In this document: positions 35,880 through 38,911 of the stretch, one piece after another | How positions within the stretch are numbered: the stretch's first letter is position 1 | Layout of the letters: every line of letters starts with the position of its first letter | From: an uncultured Planctomycetaceae bacterium | GTDB taxonomy: Bacteria; Planctomycetota; Planctomycetia; Planctomycetales; Planctomycetaceae | Direction: 5' to 3' | Length of the DNA stretch: 38,911 nt | Assembly (NCBI GenBank): GCA_963976765.1 | Contig: CAXBME010000031.1 | Location: 62,001 to 100,911, forward strand | Position numbers and translations under genes: made by a program | Notes under the pieces: generated by a model | The model's input: only the letters and a program-made list of their open reading frames with translations | Database searches by the model: none | What the model was told of the DNA's origin: nothing

Positions 35880-37322
35880 TCAGGAGGGTGGTTCTGCAGG
35901 CGGCACGACGGCCTCGTCGGACAGCGCGGGTGCGGGCAACGGTGTCGGGGCAGATGCCAGCTCGCAGCCGACGACTCGTTCGAGTGATGCCAGTGTCTGG
36001 GCAAGATTGGCCTCCAGACGAGCAACCTGCAGGTGGAACATCAGCAGATCGCTCCAGTTGTCCAGGAGCTGCTGGAAGTCGACTTTGTTGACGCGGTAGT
36101 CGGCGGTTGAAACCCGTAAGGCCTGTTCCGTTTTAGGGATCATGCTGCCCTTGAACAGGTCGAGCTGCTGCTGAATGGCGTCGATCTGCACCATCAGTCG
36201 GCGGATTTGACGGAACGTGTCATCGAGTGTCGATTCGTAGCGGCGGGCATTTTCCAGCGATCGCTCTTCCCACTCTCGGACGCCAGCATCGAGTTTGTCC
36301 CGCCAGATCGGGAGGTTGACACCCAGGGTGACTGCCAGGTTGTCGTTACCGTTTGAAACCGGGGAGAGAGCCTCGCCGTTGGTCACGGCCTGCCAACCAA
36401 GCCCGGCTGTTAAATCGGGGTAATAATTCAGTTCTGCCAGGTCACGGGCACGCTGCGATTTCTGAATGGCGTAGAGTCGCTCGTGCAATTCGGGGCGGCA
36501 TTCGGCAGCCAGCTGATAGAGTTGCTCGATGTGCTCCGGTGCTGAGGGAATCACGACATCCGACGACGCCAGCAGATTCGATTCGGGAGATGTGTGCAGC
36601 ACCTTCGCCAGATCTGCCTGAGACTGTCTCAGCGACCGACGCAAAGAGATCAACCGATCATCGATCCTGTTCAATTCTACCTGTGCCCTCAGGACGTCCT
36701 GCTGACTGGCGGCTCCGGTGCGGTAACGTGCCTCGGCGATCTTCAACAGATCACCCAGTAAGGCAGCGTCTTCTTCCGCGATCGTGATGCCTCGCTGATT
36801 GAACTGTACTTCGTAGTAGGCCAGACGGACGTCTTCAGTGACCTTGAGTTCGGCCTGGGCTAACCGAGCCATGGCGATCTGAACGTCCTGCTCAGCAATC
36901 TGACCGCGCGTTGCCAGCTTACCGAACCACGGAAATTTCTGAGACAAAGACAGCGTGTTCGGAGCCCGTCCCGCGGCCGTTTGCACACTGTGGTCGTCGA
37001 TCGGCTGAAACGAGTCGATCAGCATTGGGTCATCCAGCGAAATGACCTGCGGGATGACTGCTGACGAGGCATTGATTGAGCGCTGCGCCGCGAGGATTTC
37101 CGGGTTCTGTCCCAGTGCAAGTTGCACGTAGTACCCGAGCGGATGCTCGCCTTCAATCTCAGTGTCCGTCTGGATCAGCTCCGGAACGTGGTTCACCTCG
37201 TGAGCCACCACCTGATGAATGTTGTGCTCGGTCGCCACATAGTGGGGGTCCGATTGTGGCGGACTGGCGCATCCTGCCACTGAGGCAATTACCGCTATCG
37301 CGACGCATCCTTTGCGTTTCAT
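35880..37322 (-). CDS. TolC/CusC-family outer-membrane efflux lipoprotein
   Basis: Lipobox VAGC; SQKFPWFGKL, ARYRTG..SQQDVLRAQVE, GVNLPIW, LERVVG. Confidence 0.88.
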   Translation of the reverse strand: MKRKGCVAIAVIASVAGCASPPQSDPHYVATEHNIHQVVAHEVNHVPELIQTDTEIEGEHPLGYYVQLALGQNPEILAAQRSINASSAVIPQVISLDDPMLIDSFQPIDDHSVQTAAGRAPNTLSLSQKFPWFGKLATRGQIAEQDVQIAMARLAQAELKVTEDVRLAYYEVQFNQRGITIAEEDAALLGDLLKIAEARYRTGAASQQDVLRAQVELNRIDDRLISLRRSLRQSQADLAKVLHTSPESNLLASSDVVIPSAPEHIEQLYQLAAECRPELHERLYAIQKSQRARDLAELNYYPDLTAGLGWQAVTNGEALSPVSNGNDNLAVTLGVNLPIWRDKLDAGVREWEERSLENARRYESTLDDTFRQIRRLMVQIDAIQQQLDLFKGSMIPKTEQALRVSTADYRVNKVDFQQLLDNWSDLLMFHLQVARLEANLAQTLASLERVVGCELASAPTPLPAPALSDEAVVPPAEPPS

Positions 37323-37610
37323 CTTGCAACTCCATTTGCTTCATCATTTCTGACCGGTTCGCACTCGAATGCGTTTGCGCCAGCCTTTCCTGCAGTTATC
37401 CGATTGAATCGGCTGTTTCGATCAGCAGCCTTGAACGCGATCAGCCGTTCGAGCCTGTTCCAGTCGAACCTATCTCAAAGCCGCATCACAGTTTACCGCC
37501 GGGCGAAGTGGCTCACTGAATGCTTCGAAGGGGCGATATCGCCCATTGACGGCTGTGGAATCAGCTCGGTAAGAACGCTGACCTGAATCTGTCCATGTCA
37601 CAGGTACGAG

Positions 37611-38411
37611 TCAGCTGATCGCCGCTGGTACTTCTGAAACTTCAACCGGGCGCGAATGCTGTGCCGGAATCGGGTCTTTACCAGCGCGATAGATTGCCCA
37701 CTGTTCCCGTTCGATTGGCCAGCCAGAGACTTCCGTCCAGAAGGCTGACTCGTCAAGCAGTCTGCGGTGCACGGGATTATGGTAAATACAGAAGAATTCC
37801 CGATTTGCCCGTTGGGCAGATTCTTCGATGTTGTTGAGAACGCAATTCATGATGACCGCGTCAAATGGATTGAAGAAGAATGCAATGATGGGGCCATCCG
37901 GGAGCTGGAACTCCCTGGCGTCCTGACAAACTGGTATCACGTCGCAACACATCTGACGGGGGTTTCGAAAGCTGGAGATATTCTTACGGGCCATTTCGTG
38001 CAGAGCTGCTGAAAATTCCACTCCCATTACAGATTGAAATGGAAACTCCGACGCCATCAGGATCACTCGCCCTTTTCCGGACCCGAAGTCGACAAACGAA
38101 AACTTCCTGAGATTGACTTGTCGAGAGAGGCGGTCAAGTACCACCACCAGGTCGAGGTTGCTAGTCGGCTGATACTGAATTGCGTGTTTCTGCAGCGACT
38201 GCTCACCGCCAAGCTCCGAAGTGGGAACCTGCTCCACGGTCGAGATATTAAATCTTCGGTCGAGCGTACGATCCTTGAATGCGAGGAAGCGGGGACTACT
38301 GCCGAAATTCCAGTCGAATCTCGCCGCAATACGAGCGCAAACAGACAGGCATGTTATGGGCATCCCGTAGTACTGGCAGGACCACCGAAGTCGGTTGATC
38401 AGTTCGGACAT
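37611..38411 (-). CDS. Class I SAM-dependent methyltransferase
   Basis: YQPT, FVDFGSGKGR, GVEFS, DA, FFNPF. Confidence 0.85.
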   Translation of the reverse strand: MSELINRLRWSCQYYGMPITCLSVCARIAARFDWNFGSSPRFLAFKDRTLDRRFNISTVEQVPTSELGGEQSLQKHAIQYQPTSNLDLVVVLDRLSRQVNLRKFSFVDFGSGKGRVILMASEFPFQSVMGVEFSAALHEMARKNISSFRNPRQMCCDVIPVCQDAREFQLPDGPIIAFFFNPFDAVIMNCVLNNIEESAQRANREFFCIYHNPVHRRLLDESAFWTEVSGWPIEREQWAIYRAGKDPIPAQHSRPVEVSEVPAAIS

Positions 38412-38648
38412 AAGAGTCTTTCTTCATCTGCATTGCGGCTCAACATGATCATTATTCGTCGCGACTAACGGTCGACTGCCACGGCTACGGACCTTGACGC
38501 TGATGTTCTGAGCTGAGCCATGCTTCCGAAAAATGGACGGGTCGCGCAGATGCCACAGAATCTCACACGAGCGGATAGGCCCAACTATGTAGAACAGGGG
38601 CGATAACGCCCGATTCCTGCGTAGCCGGTAACCGGATTGAACTGCTGG

Positions 38649-38759
38649 TCAGGTCTGCTTCTCGAACAGGCGGTCATGAACGCCGAAGCGGAGTTTTGTT
38701 TCCATGGCGGCGCAGTAGAGCGCAGGGACCACCAGCATCGTCATGACTTCGATGATCAT
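38649..38759 (-). pseudogene. Diverged duplicate of the last 36 codons of the CusA/CzcA-type gene (remnant or mini-ORF)
   Basis: MIIEVMTMLVVPALYCAAMETKLRFGVHDRLFEKQT*, 25/36 aa identical to the C-terminus encoded just upstream; starts 21 nt after that gene's stop. Confidence 0.75.
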
Positions 38760-38780
38760 CCTTGAGTCCTTGGGACTGTC

Positions 38781-38911
38781 TTATGACTGCTTCTCGAACA
38801 GTCGGTCGCGGATACCGAATTTGATCTTCGTCTCCTTGACCCAGCAGTAGAGCACGGGGACGACGAGCATGGTCATGATTTCGATCGTCATGCCGCCAAA
38901 GCTGGGGATGG
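38781..38911 (-). CDS. CusA/CzcA-family heavy-metal RND permease, C-terminal fragment (gene continues beyond the window)
   Basis: IPSFGGMTIEIMTMLVVPVLYCWVKETKIKFGIRDRLFEKQS*, resembling RND TM12 (GG...T.LVVPVLY); a TolC-type gene lies downstream. Confidence 0.7.
   Translation of the reverse strand, partial: IPSFGGMTIEIMTMLVVPVLYCWVKETKIKFGIRDRLFEKQS

Overview
Chromosomal-looking, GC-rich bacterial window; the gene repertoire suggests Planctomycetota (inference). It begins with the 3' end of gyrB, followed by three short direct repeats and a diverged 63-bp copy of the gyrB 3' end. Next is a defence cassette. On the + strand is a complete type II CBASS: Cap4-like nuclease-SAVED effector, CdnD-like CD-NTase, Cap2 (E2-E1) and Cap3 (JAB). 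It is transcribed divergently from a coupled three-gene unit on the - strand: ECF-type sigma factor, small acidic protein and IrrE/CapP-like Zn metallopeptidase. This unit is the most interesting item and a candidate protease-triggered sigma/anti-sigma switch for CBASS. After it come a V/A-type ATPase operon in the rotated order B-D-I-K-E-C-A, envelope and secreted proteins, and a signalling-rich region (PP2C phosphatase, stand-alone receiver, ECF/anti-sigma pair, globin-coupled kinase, NtrC-type activator). Six well-spaced sigma54 -24/-12 motifs lie in front of genes in this part. The window ends in metal-handling genes: YHS-like proteins, a TolC-type factor and the 3' end of a CusA/CzcA-type pump, which is itself followed by a diverged copy of its last 36 codons. 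All calls rest on motif recognition by eye; no database searches were run.
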